Of a stretch of 38,411 nucleotides of DNA, positions 1 through 8,950 are shown one piece after another (position 1 is the stretch's first letter; every line of letters starts with the position of its first letter). Under the pieces are notes generated by a model. The model made no database searches and was not told the DNA's origin. It saw only the letters and a program-made list of their open reading frames with translations. The position numbers and the translations under genes are program-made. Source of the stretch: Armatimonadia bacterium (lineage in GTDB: Bacteria; Armatimonadota; Zipacnadia; Zipacnadales; UBA11051); the NCBI GenBank assembly GCA_039683575.1, contig JBDKRC010000171.1, forward strand, positions 1 through 38,411, given 5' to 3'.

Positions 1-70
1 GCGCCTCCGCGTCATGTCCCCACCGTCCCCACCATCCCCACCGCACCGCCATAGCCCGTCTCTCGCCGTT

Positions 71-156
71 TGACCCCAATGGGGTCACCGACTATAGCCA
101 GGGGTGAAACCCCTGGAACGCGCCCCAACCCTCCCTCTCTGACCCCAACGGGGTCA
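71..156. repeat. REP-like cluster of short palindromes
   Basis: TGACCCCAATGGGGTCA (71-87), CCAGGGGTGAAACCCCTGG (98-116) and TGACCCCAACGGGGTCA (140-156); the surrounding region also has a 19-bp direct repeat GCGCCTCCGCGTCATGTCC at 1-19 and 325-343. Confidence 0.65.
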
Positions 157-384
157 CCCGCCGTCACCTTCCACCAGGCCCAGATGACAACCCATCGCGG
201 CCCGCTCTGAAAACAGGCGTGCGATGGCGTCATAGGCCATTCACTGCGAGCGCGAAGCGACGTCTGCGTCGCACGGCATCCTGCCCGCTCTGACGGCCCG
301 CCACTCTCATCATCTCAGGGTGACGCGCCTCCGCGTCATGTCCGCCTACCCCATTGCCGCGCACCTTCGCCCTCATCACCCCCC

Positions 385-421
385 AAAACCAAAGCAGGCG
401 CGACCAAATCGGCCGCGCCTG
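385..421 (-). terminator. Intrinsic terminator of the first beta-propeller gene
   Basis: Stem CAGGCGCGACC/GGCCGCGCCTG with an A-rich tract on the left (U-tail on minus strand), ~25 bp past the stop at 446; homologous to the hairpin at 2723-2759. Confidence 0.7.
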
Positions 422-445
422 TCCAATCTCACACCTTGATATGGT

Positions 446-2638
446 TCACCGCACCTGCAGCGGCACCATTGCGGAAGCCACCGCCCCCTCGCCACCCTTC
501 GCTTCCACCCGCACCAGATAGCACCCCGCCGGCACCTTCGTCCCACTCGTCCCTCTCCCGTTCCAAACCAGCGAACTAACGCCCGCAGGCAACTCCCTCT
601 CCGCCAACTCCGCCACGACCCGCCCGGCGATGTTGCAGATAACCGTCCGCACCGTAGCCGCCGAGGAGAGGTTCACACTAACCTGCGCCCCGCCCGCCGT
701 CGGAGCGGCCGCCACACTAACCGCCGCCGATACCGCCGCCGGAGCCGTCTTGAACCAGTAGTTCTCGCCCCATCCCAGCACCCGCCCGCTCGTGCAAGTG
801 ATACCCGTATCGAGGTTGACGCGATAATAGGTGTTCGGCAACAGCGGGACCCTCGGCCGCAGCTTCACTTTCCTCTCCGCCGTCACCCAAGTCATGGTCG
901 CCGGAACCACCTTCGTCGTCCCCAGCTTGATCTGCACCCGCGTCGTAACCGTCGCCTGCTGCACCGGCCAGCGGAAGCTGACAAACACACAGCTAGTCAC
1001 TGGCACGTTGTAGGTCTTCGGCGCCGGCGTAACGCCGGCCATGTTCACGACAGTGACGCTGCTCCCGATCTTCCACGGACTATAGCTGGCGCCGTCATAT
1101 GCCTGCGCCCGCACCCTCCAGGTGTCGCCAATCTTGACAATACTGGCGGCCAGCTCATTGCCCGTGTATCCCCACGCGTCCCAGGTACCGTCGGCCTTCT
1201 TCTTTGCCCATTGGCACTTGTAGGTGAGACTGTCACCGTCAGCGTCGGTGGAGCCCGAGGCCGTTACGGTCAGCGTTTCGGGTCCGGGGGCCGTGGGGGC
1301 GATTGTAACAGTGGTGGGGGTGGTAGGGCGCGTATTGGTCATGTCTCGGACAAAGACGTCGCGAACCCCATTTGTATCGCCGACGATCAGGTTGCTGGCG
1401 TCCGACACGAAGGCAACATGCCGACCATTCGCGCTGATACTGGGCAGCAAAGACATATCGCAGATGCCATCCACTCCAAAGAGTGGCGCACTAATGAGAG
1501 TCGTCGTGCCAGCCACTCGGTCGCGAACGAACACGTCGTGTGCATCATCGGTGTCGCCGGGCACCAGATTGTTACCCCAGGTGGCGAATGCCACATAGCG
1601 CCCGTCGGCGCTGAGGCTCGCACCGTGGCACTGGCCGCCGCTCTGCGCGCCCCCCGTCGCCACACTGGCCCTTGTAGTCTCCCCACTTATGCGGCCCCAG
1701 ACGAAGATATCATCAATCCCGTTGGTGTCGCCGGGGACCAAGTTGCTAGCCCATGATGAGAATGCTATAAACTGCCCGTCAGCGCTGATGCTTGGTCCGA
1801 AACACGAGTCGTTGGCCTGTGTGCCGTTCGTCGCCAGACTAACCCTTGTCGTCAGCCCAGCTACGCGATCGCGTACGAAGACGTCGGAAGTCTCATTGGT
1901 ATCTCCAGAGACCAGATTGCTCGCACAGGAGTAGAAAGCTACGTAGCGCCCATCCCCGCTGATGCCCGAGGTGTCGCCGCTCTCGCCGTTGCCCTGCTCG
2001 CCCCCCGTCGCAACACTGACCCGCGTAGTCTCGCCGGTCACACGGTCATGCACGAAGATGTCACCAAAGCGGTTGGTGTCATTGGCGACCAGGTTGGTCG
2101 CAAACGAGTGGAACACGACATGGCGTCCGTCCGTGCTGAGGCTGGGATCCTCAGAGTAGTTGTCAGCTTGAGTTCCCCCTGTCGCCACACTGACAATCTT
2201 GGTCTGCCCGGTTACCCGGTCATGAACAAAAATGTCGTTAACGCCGTTGATGTCTCCGGGGACGAGGTTGGTCGCCCTCGACCCAAAGGCGACATAGCGC
2301 CCATCGGCGCTGATGCCACCGTCGTCAGACGCGGCATTCGCCTGTACTCCCCCCGTAGCCACGCTGACTCGCGTTGTCTGTCGGGTCACGCAGTCCCGAA
2401 CGAAGATATCCTTGACACCATTGGTGTCTCCGGCTACCAGATTACTGGCGTCGGACTCGAAGACAATATAGCGTCCATCCTCGCTAACGTCGGGAGCCTG
2501 GCTCCTGCCAGACCCATTGTTCCCCTGCGTGGCGCCCGTAGAGACGCTGACGCGGATGACCGGCCCTGCAAAGGCTACCGTTGCGACCAAAACTATGGTT
2601 CCGCACAAGAGGCACGTCAGAAACCCTCTCTGAAACAT
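446..2638 (-). CDS. Secreted TolB-like (PD40/WD40-like) 7-repeat beta-propeller protein with Ig-like domains and a C-terminal FlgD-Ig-like domain, 730 aa
   Basis: Signal peptide (..VAFA-G); seven repeats of S.DGRYVAF.S.A.NLV.GDTN...DIFV.D; C-terminal IAGRVV...WNGR...G.KVPAG.YLVRV motif; SD GGGAGGGG upstream. Confidence 0.85.
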   Translation of the reverse strand: MFQRGFLTCLLCGTIVLVATVAFAGPVIRVSVSTGATQGNNGSGRSQAPDVSEDGRYIVFESDASNLVAGDTNGVKDIFVRDCVTRQTTRVSVATGGVQANAASDDGGISADGRYVAFGSRATNLVPGDINGVNDIFVHDRVTGQTKIVSVATGGTQADNYSEDPSLSTDGRHVVFHSFATNLVANDTNRFGDIFVHDRVTGETTRVSVATGGEQGNGESGDTSGISGDGRYVAFYSCASNLVSGDTNETSDVFVRDRVAGLTTRVSLATNGTQANDSCFGPSISADGQFIAFSSWASNLVPGDTNGIDDIFVWGRISGETTRASVATGGAQSGGQCHGASLSADGRYVAFATWGNNLVPGDTDDAHDVFVRDRVAGTTTLISAPLFGVDGICDMSLLPSISANGRHVAFVSDASNLIVGDTNGVRDVFVRDMTNTRPTTPTTVTIAPTAPGPETLTVTASGSTDADGDSLTYKCQWAKKKADGTWDAWGYTGNELAASIVKIGDTWRVRAQAYDGASYSPWKIGSSVTVVNMAGVTPAPKTYNVPVTSCVFVSFRWPVQQATVTTRVQIKLGTTKVVPATMTWVTAERKVKLRPRVPLLPNTYYRVNLDTGITCTSGRVLGWGENYWFKTAPAAVSAAVSVAAAPTAGGAQVSVNLSSAATVRTVICNIAGRVVAELAERELPAGVSSLVWNGRGTSGTKVPAGCYLVRVEAKGGEGAVASAMVPLQVR

Positions 2639-2722
2639 GGCAATTCCCCTCCCTTGTTATGACTGTCGACTGACGAGTCTTCATCATCTTCATAGCATAT
2701 TCCTCTAACCGCCCCAAGCCAC

Positions 2723-2759
2723 AAACAAAGCAGGCGCGGCCAAGTGGCCGCGCCTGCTT
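2723..2759 (-). terminator. Intrinsic terminator of the second beta-propeller gene
   Basis: Perfect 15-bp inverted repeat AAGCAGGCGCGGCCA/TGGCCGCGCCTGCTT with an adjacent A-rich tract. Confidence 0.75.
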
Positions 2760-2780
2760 CATCTCATCTGTCAGTTTCCC

Positions 2781-5009
2781 TCAGTGTATGTGCAGCGCGG
2801 CCATGGCCGTCGTCTGTGTGCCCTCACTCGCGTTGGCTTCAACGCGGACGAGGTAAGTTCCCGCCGGCACCTTGCTCCCGTTGCGACTCCTCCCATTCCA
2901 AACCAGCGAACTAACGCCCGCAGGCAACTCCCGCTCCGCCAACTCCGCCACCACCCGCCCGGCGATGTTACAGATAACCGTCCGCACCGTCGCCGCCGAT
3001 GACAGATTGACCGTCACCTGCGCCCCCTCCACAGTCCCCACCGCCGCCACACTAACCGCCGCCGATGCCGCCGCCGGAGCCGTCTTGAACCAGTAGTTCT
3101 CGCCCCATCCCAGCACCCTCCCGCTCTTGCAGGTGATGCCTGGATCGAGGTTGACGCGGTAATAGGTGTTCGGCAACAGCGGCGCCTTCGGTCGCAGCTT
3201 CACCTTTCGCTCCGCCGTCACCCAAGTCATGGTCGCCGGCACCACCTTCGTGGTCCCCAGCTTGATCTGCACCCGCGTAGTCACGGTGGCCTGCTGCACC
3301 GGCCAGCGGAAGCTGACGAACACACAGCTAGTCACCGGCACCCCGTAAGTCTTCGGCGCCGGCGCAACACCGGCCATGCTGACGACGGTGACGCTGCCGC
3401 CGATCTTCCAGGGGCTGGAGAGCGTGCCATCAGAGGCTTGGGCGCGGGTACGCCAGGTGTCGCCAATCTTGACATTACTGGCGGCCAGCTTGTTGCCCGT
3501 GTATCCCCACGCCTCCCACGTCCCATCTGCCTTCCTCTTCGACCACTGGTACTTGTAGGTCACTGCATCCCCATCCGCGTCAGTTGAGCCGGATGCGGTA
3601 CCCGTCAGAGTCTCCGGCCCCGGCGCTGCGGGAGTGATCGTCACCGCTGTCGGTACTCTCGGTGCTGCATTCGTTCCAAGCGTGTCGCGCACAAAGATGT
3701 CCCTGTCCCCGTTGGTGTCCCCGGCGACCAGATTGGTGGCGTCGGACGAAAAGGCCACATAGCGCCCATCGCCGGTCAGTACAGGACTCAGGCTGTCACC
3801 GTTCCCCTGTGCGCCGCCGGTCGCGACGCTGACCAGACTGGTTGTGCCTGTTGTGCGGTCATGTACGAAGGCGTCACCGCGCCCATTTGTGTCTCCAGCC
3901 ACCAGGTTGCTTGCGCAAGTGTACATGGCCACATAGCGCCCATCCGCGCTGATGGCAGGCGTCATCACATAATCGTTCGCCTGGACACCGCCTGTCGAGA
4001 CACTGACCCGAGTCGTCACGCCCGTCGTGCGGTCATGTACGAAGTCGTCAGAGTAGCCGTTACTGTCGCCCGCTACGAGATTGGTTGCATAAGACGCAAA
4101 GGCCACGCAGCGCCCATCGGCACTGAGGGAAGGCGACGAAGCATAGCCGTTTCCTTCTCCGCCGCCCGTAGCCACACTGACACGGGTCGTCGTTCCCGTC
4201 GTGCGGTCGCGCACAAAGATATCCAGGGTGTCGTTGGTATCACCGGTAACCAGGTTACTGGCACCCGACTGAAAGGCCACGTAACGCCCGTCCGCGCTGA
4301 TGGCAGGGAACGCGCTTGCGCTGTTTCCGTGCGTGCCATTGGTCGCGACGCTGACAAGAGTCGTCGTGCCGGTAGTGCGGTCATGCACGTAGACGTCCTC
4401 GAATCCGTTGGTGTCGTCGGCAACAAGTTGGCGAGCAGAATTGAAGGCAACGTACCGACCGTCTCCGCTGATAGAAGCAGGCTGGGTGTAGTGCTCACCG
4501 TCCCCCTCGTTTCCTTGTCCGCCGCCGGTCATGACACTCACCCGGGTCGTCACACCCGTCGTCCGATCATGCACGAAGATGTCGGTACACCCGTTCGTAT
4601 CGCCAGGGACCAGGTTGCTGGCATAGGACGGGAACGCCACATAGCGCCCGTCTGCGCTGATGGACGTCTGGCCACCCTCACCGTAGCCTTGGCCGCAGGC
4701 TTGTCCTCCGCCGGTTGCGACACTGACCCGGGTGGTCGTGCGCGTGACACGGTCGTGCACAAATGCATCTGAGCCCTCGTTCGTGTCTCCGGCGACCAAG
4801 CTGCTGGCGGTCGAGATGAACGCCACGTACCGCCCATCTGGGGTGATGGAGGTCGTGCCTTCCCAAAGATCGCTGTAGCCGTTTCCCTGCCCTCCAGCCG
4901 TCGAAACACTCACGCGAGTGGTGAGTCCCGTCACTACCGCAACCGCCGCCACCGCCCCGAACACTACAATCCCGCATAGCAAACACGGCAGCAATATTCG
5001 TCGAAACAT
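2781..5009 (-). CDS. Tandem paralogue: secreted 7-repeat beta-propeller protein with Ig-like and FlgD-Ig-like C-terminal domains, 742 aa
   Basis: Start reassigned to ATG 5009 (MFRRILL, homologous to MFQRGFL; SD GGAGGGG); seven DGRYVAF-type repeats; C-terminal third very similar to 446..2638. Confidence 0.85.
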   Translation of the reverse strand: MFRRILLPCLLCGIVVFGAVAAVAVVTGLTTRVSVSTAGGQGNGYSDLWEGTTSITPDGRYVAFISTASSLVAGDTNEGSDAFVHDRVTRTTTRVSVATGGGQACGQGYGEGGQTSISADGRYVAFPSYASNLVPGDTNGCTDIFVHDRTTGVTTRVSVMTGGGQGNEGDGEHYTQPASISGDGRYVAFNSARQLVADDTNGFEDVYVHDRTTGTTTLVSVATNGTHGNSASAFPAISADGRYVAFQSGASNLVTGDTNDTLDIFVRDRTTGTTTRVSVATGGGEGNGYASSPSLSADGRCVAFASYATNLVAGDSNGYSDDFVHDRTTGVTTRVSVSTGGVQANDYVMTPAISADGRYVAMYTCASNLVAGDTNGRGDAFVHDRTTGTTSLVSVATGGAQGNGDSLSPVLTGDGRYVAFSSDATNLVAGDTNGDRDIFVRDTLGTNAAPRVPTAVTITPAAPGPETLTGTASGSTDADGDAVTYKYQWSKRKADGTWEAWGYTGNKLAASNVKIGDTWRTRAQASDGTLSSPWKIGGSVTVVSMAGVAPAPKTYGVPVTSCVFVSFRWPVQQATVTTRVQIKLGTTKVVPATMTWVTAERKVKLRPKAPLLPNTYYRVNLDPGITCKSGRVLGWGENYWFKTAPAAASAAVSVAAVGTVEGAQVTVNLSSAATVRTVICNIAGRVVAELAERELPAGVSSLVWNGRSRNGSKVPAGTYLVRVEANASEGTQTTAMAALHIH

Positions 5010-5630
5010 GAGGCAATCTCCCCTCCAGGTATTCATGGCTTCTCAAGCATCTTCCTCATCCTCATGCATACTCCTCCCTCTCTCTCAGCAGCAAGGCGGC
5101 TTCAAAGACTTCTTCATCTATATCTTCCCGAGCTTTCATCAGGTACTCTACCCGTCCCTCAGATGCCCACCGGAACTATTCCATGTAACGAATGTAGCGA
5201 CCGGGCAAAGGCATAACCATAGCGCGTGACTTTCGCTGCACTTGATCCCTCCGTGCCGCGAGGCAAACTTGATCAACTGCTGACACTGGAAAACTAGAAA
5301 ACGCCGGAAAATGGCCTCTACGGGGCTCTCAGGGCCATTTCACTGTATTTCACATTTGCTCGGCCCCGTGGAGGCCCCAAAACAGCACTATTCAACGGAT
5401 TCCTTAAATAGCCCACAGTGCCCCCTGCGGGGCTCAGGACGGCGCTGAGCCGATTCTTGCCCCCAATACAGCCGCCCCACCAGTCACTGGTCGGCGGGGG
5501 CTCCCTTTGGCGAATCTGTTCTAGATAATCATGCGGATATACTGCCTTTGCAGCGCTTCTCTATCATCTTAACCCATCCACAAACACTCCTGCAGGTATC
5601 CTCCCCCCGCCCCTCGAATCCCTCCTCGCC

Positions 5631-6659
5631 ATGTCCAATATTACCTACCTCCGTGCCCTCAATCGTGCCCTCCATGAGGAGATGGCCCGCGACGAACGGG
5701 TCTTTGTCATCGGCGAGGATGTCGCCGAGGCCGGTGGCGTCTGGGGCGTCCAGAAGGGCCTCCTGGCCAAATTCGGCCACCGCCGCGTGCGCCAGACTCC
5801 CATTTCCGAGTGCGGTTTCACCGGCCTCGCCGTCGGCGCCGCCATGACCGGCCTGCGCCCCGTGGTCGAGATCATGTACAACGACTTCATCACCACCTGC
5901 ATGGACATGGTGGTCAACCAGGCCGCCAAGCTCCGCTACATGTCCGGCGGGCAGCTTTCGATCCCCATGGTCATCCACACCCCCGGTGGCGGCGGCACTG
6001 CCGAGGCTGCCCAGCACTCCCAGTGCCTCGAGGTCTGGTTTGCCCATGTTCCCGGCCTCAAAGTTGTACTTCCCAGTACCCCTTATGACGCCTACGGGCT
6101 TCTGAAGACCGCTATACGCGATGACAACCCCGTCTACTTCATGGAGCACCGCCTGCTCTACGACACCAAGGGCGAGGTCCCCAAAGAGGAAATCACCATC
6201 CCCTTCGGGCAGGCCGCCATCCGCCGCGAAGGCACCGACTTGACCCTAGTAGCCACGCTGAACATGGTCCAAAAGTGCCTCAACGTGGCCGAACGGCTAG
6301 CCGTTTCATCGTCGGCTTCGCCCTCACCGCGTAGTGCGGGCGTCTCGCCCGCCTCTCCGATCTCCATCGAGGTCATAGACCCCCGCACCCTCGTCCCGCT
6401 CGACGAGGAGACGATCCTCACCTCTGTCCGGAAAACAGGACGCCTCCTGGTAGTCCAGGAGGCGGCAACCTGCGGCGGCTTCGGCAGCGAGATAGTCCGG
6501 CGCGTCACGGAAAAGGCCTTCGACGCCCTCCAGTCCCCACCCAAAGTCCTGGGCAACCTCGACCTCCCCATGCCCTTCAGCCCCCCGCTGGAGAAGGTTG
6601 TGATACCGGACGAGGCCGCGATCGAACGCGCCATTGTCTCTGTCGTCGGAGGGGCCTAA
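5631..6659 (+). CDS. 2-oxoacid/acetoin dehydrogenase E1 component beta subunit (PdhB/AcoB family), 342 aa
   Basis: Motifs GEDV, TPISE.GF.G.AVGAA..GLRPVVEIM, AAQHSQ, PGLKVV.PSTPYDA.GLL, EVID.RTL.PLD; substrate cannot be assigned. Confidence 0.92.
   Translation: MSNITYLRALNRALHEEMARDERVFVIGEDVAEAGGVWGVQKGLLAKFGHRRVRQTPISECGFTGLAVGAAMTGLRPVVEIMYNDFITTCMDMVVNQAAKLRYMSGGQLSIPMVIHTPGGGGTAEAAQHSQCLEVWFAHVPGLKVVLPSTPYDAYGLLKTAIRDDNPVYFMEHRLLYDTKGEVPKEEITIPFGQAAIRREGTDLTLVATLNMVQKCLNVAERLAVSSSASPSPRSAGVSPASPISIEVIDPRTLVPLDEETILTSVRKTGRLLVVQEAATCGGFGSEIVRRVTEKAFDALQSPPKVLGNLDLPMPFSPPLEKVVIPDEAAIERAIVSVVGGA
6331..6352 (+). repeat. GTAG-type REP palindrome inside the E1-beta CDS
   Basis: GTAGT-GCGGGCG-TCT-CGCCCGC, within a Ser/Pro-rich segment not typical of E1-beta proteins. 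Confidence 0.65.
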
Positions 6660-6726
6660 CCGAGACCGCCAGCGGTCTCATAGACGGCCCAAGCCGCTCA
6701 ATTCGAGTATGCACTGAGGCACAACC

Positions 6727-7293
6727 ATGCCAACCGATTCTCAACCCACCCGCCGCCGCACAGCGCCTGGCGTAGTTGTTGTCCTACTGGCCCTCACCGC
6801 CCTCGCCTCTTACGTCGTCTTCGTCTTTGTCGCGAGTTCTTCCGGCCACTCCCGTGAAAGCCGCCGCCGAGCTAGCTGTCTGGGCAACATGAAGTGCCTC
6901 AGCCTGGCGATGCTCAACTATACCCGCGACTATGACGACCGGCTGCCGCCCTCCACAAGCTGGGCGTCGACGCCGTACATCGCCAACCGGCAGGTGCTGC
7001 GCTGCCCCGAAGACGGACAGCACGACCTCGTCAGCTACGCCATGCCCGCTCGCTGGAGCAACGCGTCGGTGGCCGATACGCCTGTCGCGCCGGAATTGAT
7101 GCTGCTCCTCTACGAAAGCGATGCCATCGGTCCCGCCTATCGCCACAACGACGGCTGCAACGTTGCCTTTGTGGACGGTCATGTAAGGTGGATTAGCCAG
7201 GACCTCCTCACACCCAAGATGGTCGTCAGCGGCAGCATTCCGGGCGACCTGTGGACAGCCAAGCGAAAACCAAAAAGCCCCCGCAGGCCGTGA
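6727..7293 (+). CDS. DUF1559/H-X9-DG family protein with a degenerate, non-prepilin N-terminal membrane anchor, 188 aa
   Basis: SCLGNMK.L.LA..NY..DYDDRLP, LRCP and HNDGCNVAFVDGH motifs; lacks G|FTLIE. Confidence 0.8.
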   Translation: MPTDSQPTRRRTAPGVVVVLLALTALASYVVFVFVASSSGHSRESRRRASCLGNMKCLSLAMLNYTRDYDDRLPPSTSWASTPYIANRQVLRCPEDGQHDLVSYAMPARWSNASVADTPVAPELMLLLYESDAIGPAYRHNDGCNVAFVDGHVRWISQDLLTPKMVVSGSIPGDLWTAKRKPKSPRRP

Positions 7294-7306
7294 CCCGCGG
7301 GGGCTT
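7272..7306. terminator. Terminator hairpin between convergent genes
   Basis: AAGCCCCCGC/GCGGGGGCTT stem with A5 on the left; overlaps the 3' end of 6727..7293. Confidence 0.55.
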
Positions 7307-7324
7307 GTCGCTTCTCTTGCTACC

Positions 7325-8647
7325 CTACTTCCCACGCAGCTCCTTCAGCGTCTTGTTCACGTTCGCCGCTGCGTCCTTCAGGCCCGCTGCGACCGTCTTC
7401 TTGCCCACCCAGATCAGGTCGAGCTGGTCCTGGATCAGGTCCTTGACCTGCGACCACTCGGGGATGTTCTCGGCCTGCCGGGCATACCCCAGCGCCTCTA
7501 CGAACACCTTGCGGTTGTAGTCGGTCTTGGTCTGGCTGTACGCGCCGTTCAGCACCGACATTCGCGACGGCATCTTTTCCAGCTTCTCGGCCATCAGCGT
7601 CTGGCTCTCCGGCGACAGCAGGAACTGGAACAGCTCAAACGCCTGCTCCGGGTGCTTGCTGCCTGACCAGATGCCGTAGTTTTCGGTGCCTAACAAAGTC
7701 GCCTGGGCCTTCTTCTTGGGCAGCGCCGCCACATCCCACTGCAGGCCCTTGGCCTCGCGCAGCAACTGGATGTCCCACGGCCCCGTCATGTACATTCCGA
7801 TCCGCCCCTGTGTGAACGCGGTCAGCGCCGAGTTCTGCTCGCTGTTGTCAGACGCCGCCGCGACCTTGTGCTTGTACCGCAGGTCGTATACGAACTGCAA
7901 CGCCTCGACCGACGCCGGGCTGTCCAGGATGCACTTGGTGCGCTCCGGGTTCATCAGCGCCCCGCCGTTCGCCCACAGCCATGGGTAGATCCGCGAGCCC
8001 CAGAAGTCGATCACACAGCCCCACTGGTCGGTCTTCCCGTCGCCGTCCGTGTCCTTGGTCAGCGCCTTGGCGGCCTTCAGATACGCGTCCCAGGTCCACT
8101 CGCCCTTGGTCCCCGGATAGGCGATCTTAGCCTCGTCAAACAATGTTTTGTTGTAGAACAAACTGTACACCGAAGTGTATCGCGGCAGCGAGTACAGCTT
8201 GCCCTCGTGGCGGCAGATCTCCAGGATCTTGCTGCTGAAGTCGTCGAGCCTCAGGTCCGCGTGCGTCTCGCTCAGCGGCCCCAGGTCCATCAGGGCGCCC
8301 TTGGCGGCCAGCGGAACGAAAAACGCCCCGTGGATGGCCATCACATCGGGGCCTTCCTTGGCGGCGATCATCGTCTGCAGCTTTGACATCGCGCCCTGGC
8401 TGCCGCCGCTCTCATTCTGCAGCCGCACCTTGATGTTCGGGTGCGTGCTCTCGAACTTCTTGATCAGTTCGAGGTTCAGCGCTTCCTCATCGCGAGGCGT
8501 GTAGGTATACAGCACGAGCTCAGTGACAGCCCCCGCCCCGGCGGCCGGCCCACCCTCAGTCGTGGCAGGGGTCTGCTGCACACGCGAGCACCCGGCCAGC
8601 ACGACGACGAGCAACACCGCCAATACCATCAGCAAACGTTTCATCAT
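7325..8647 (-). CDS. Sugar ABC transporter substrate-binding lipoprotein (SBP family 1), ~440 aa
   Basis: Lipobox LAG-C; KFE..HPNIKV, PDV, LYSLP....SLFYNK.LF, WTWD, F.QGRIGM...GPW motifs; SD AGGAG. Confidence 0.92.
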   Translation of the reverse strand: MMKRLLMVLAVLLVVVLAGCSRVQQTPATTEGGPAAGAGAVTELVLYTYTPRDEEALNLELIKKFESTHPNIKVRLQNESGGSQGAMSKLQTMIAAKEGPDVMAIHGAFFVPLAAKGALMDLGPLSETHADLRLDDFSSKILEICRHEGKLYSLPRYTSVYSLFYNKTLFDEAKIAYPGTKGEWTWDAYLKAAKALTKDTDGDGKTDQWGCVIDFWGSRIYPWLWANGGALMNPERTKCILDSPASVEALQFVYDLRYKHKVAAASDNSEQNSALTAFTQGRIGMYMTGPWDIQLLREAKGLQWDVAALPKKKAQATLLGTENYGIWSGSKHPEQAFELFQFLLSPESQTLMAEKLEKMPSRMSVLNGAYSQTKTDYNRKVFVEALGYARQAENIPEWSQVKDLIQDQLDLIWVGKKTVAAGLKDAAANVNKTLKELRGK

Positions 8648-8675
8648 TAGTCTCCTTTTCTGCCTTTAGCAAGCT

Positions 8676-8950
8676 TTGTCATGCTGAGGAGCGCTGTTTG
8701 CGACGAAGCATCCCTCTCGCGGAAGATCCTTCACTTCGTTCAGGATGACAACGGTGGTTCTGTTCAGGATGAGAACGCTGGTTTTGTCGTGCTCGGGAGC
8801 GCGCTCGAGGGGAGCGCCGTTTGCGACGAAGCATCCCTCTCGCGCGGAGGATCCTTCACTTCGTTCAGGATGACAACGGTGGTTTTGCTCAGGATGACAA
8901 CGCTGGTTTGGTTCAGGATGACACCGCTGTTAAGGATGACAACGCTGGTT
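8676..8950. repeat. Intergenic palindromic repeat cluster (GTCATGCTGA...GATCCTTCACTTCGTTCAGGATGAC family)
   Basis: Two full or degenerate units plus several ~24-bp half-units like GTTCAGGATGACAACGCTGGTT; same family as 26178-26570. Confidence 0.85.

Noticed and set aside
5200-5310. c-di-GMP-I riboswitch (GGCAAAC seen)
   Set aside because: The following GAAA hairpin, ACGCAAAG and P2 elements are not present
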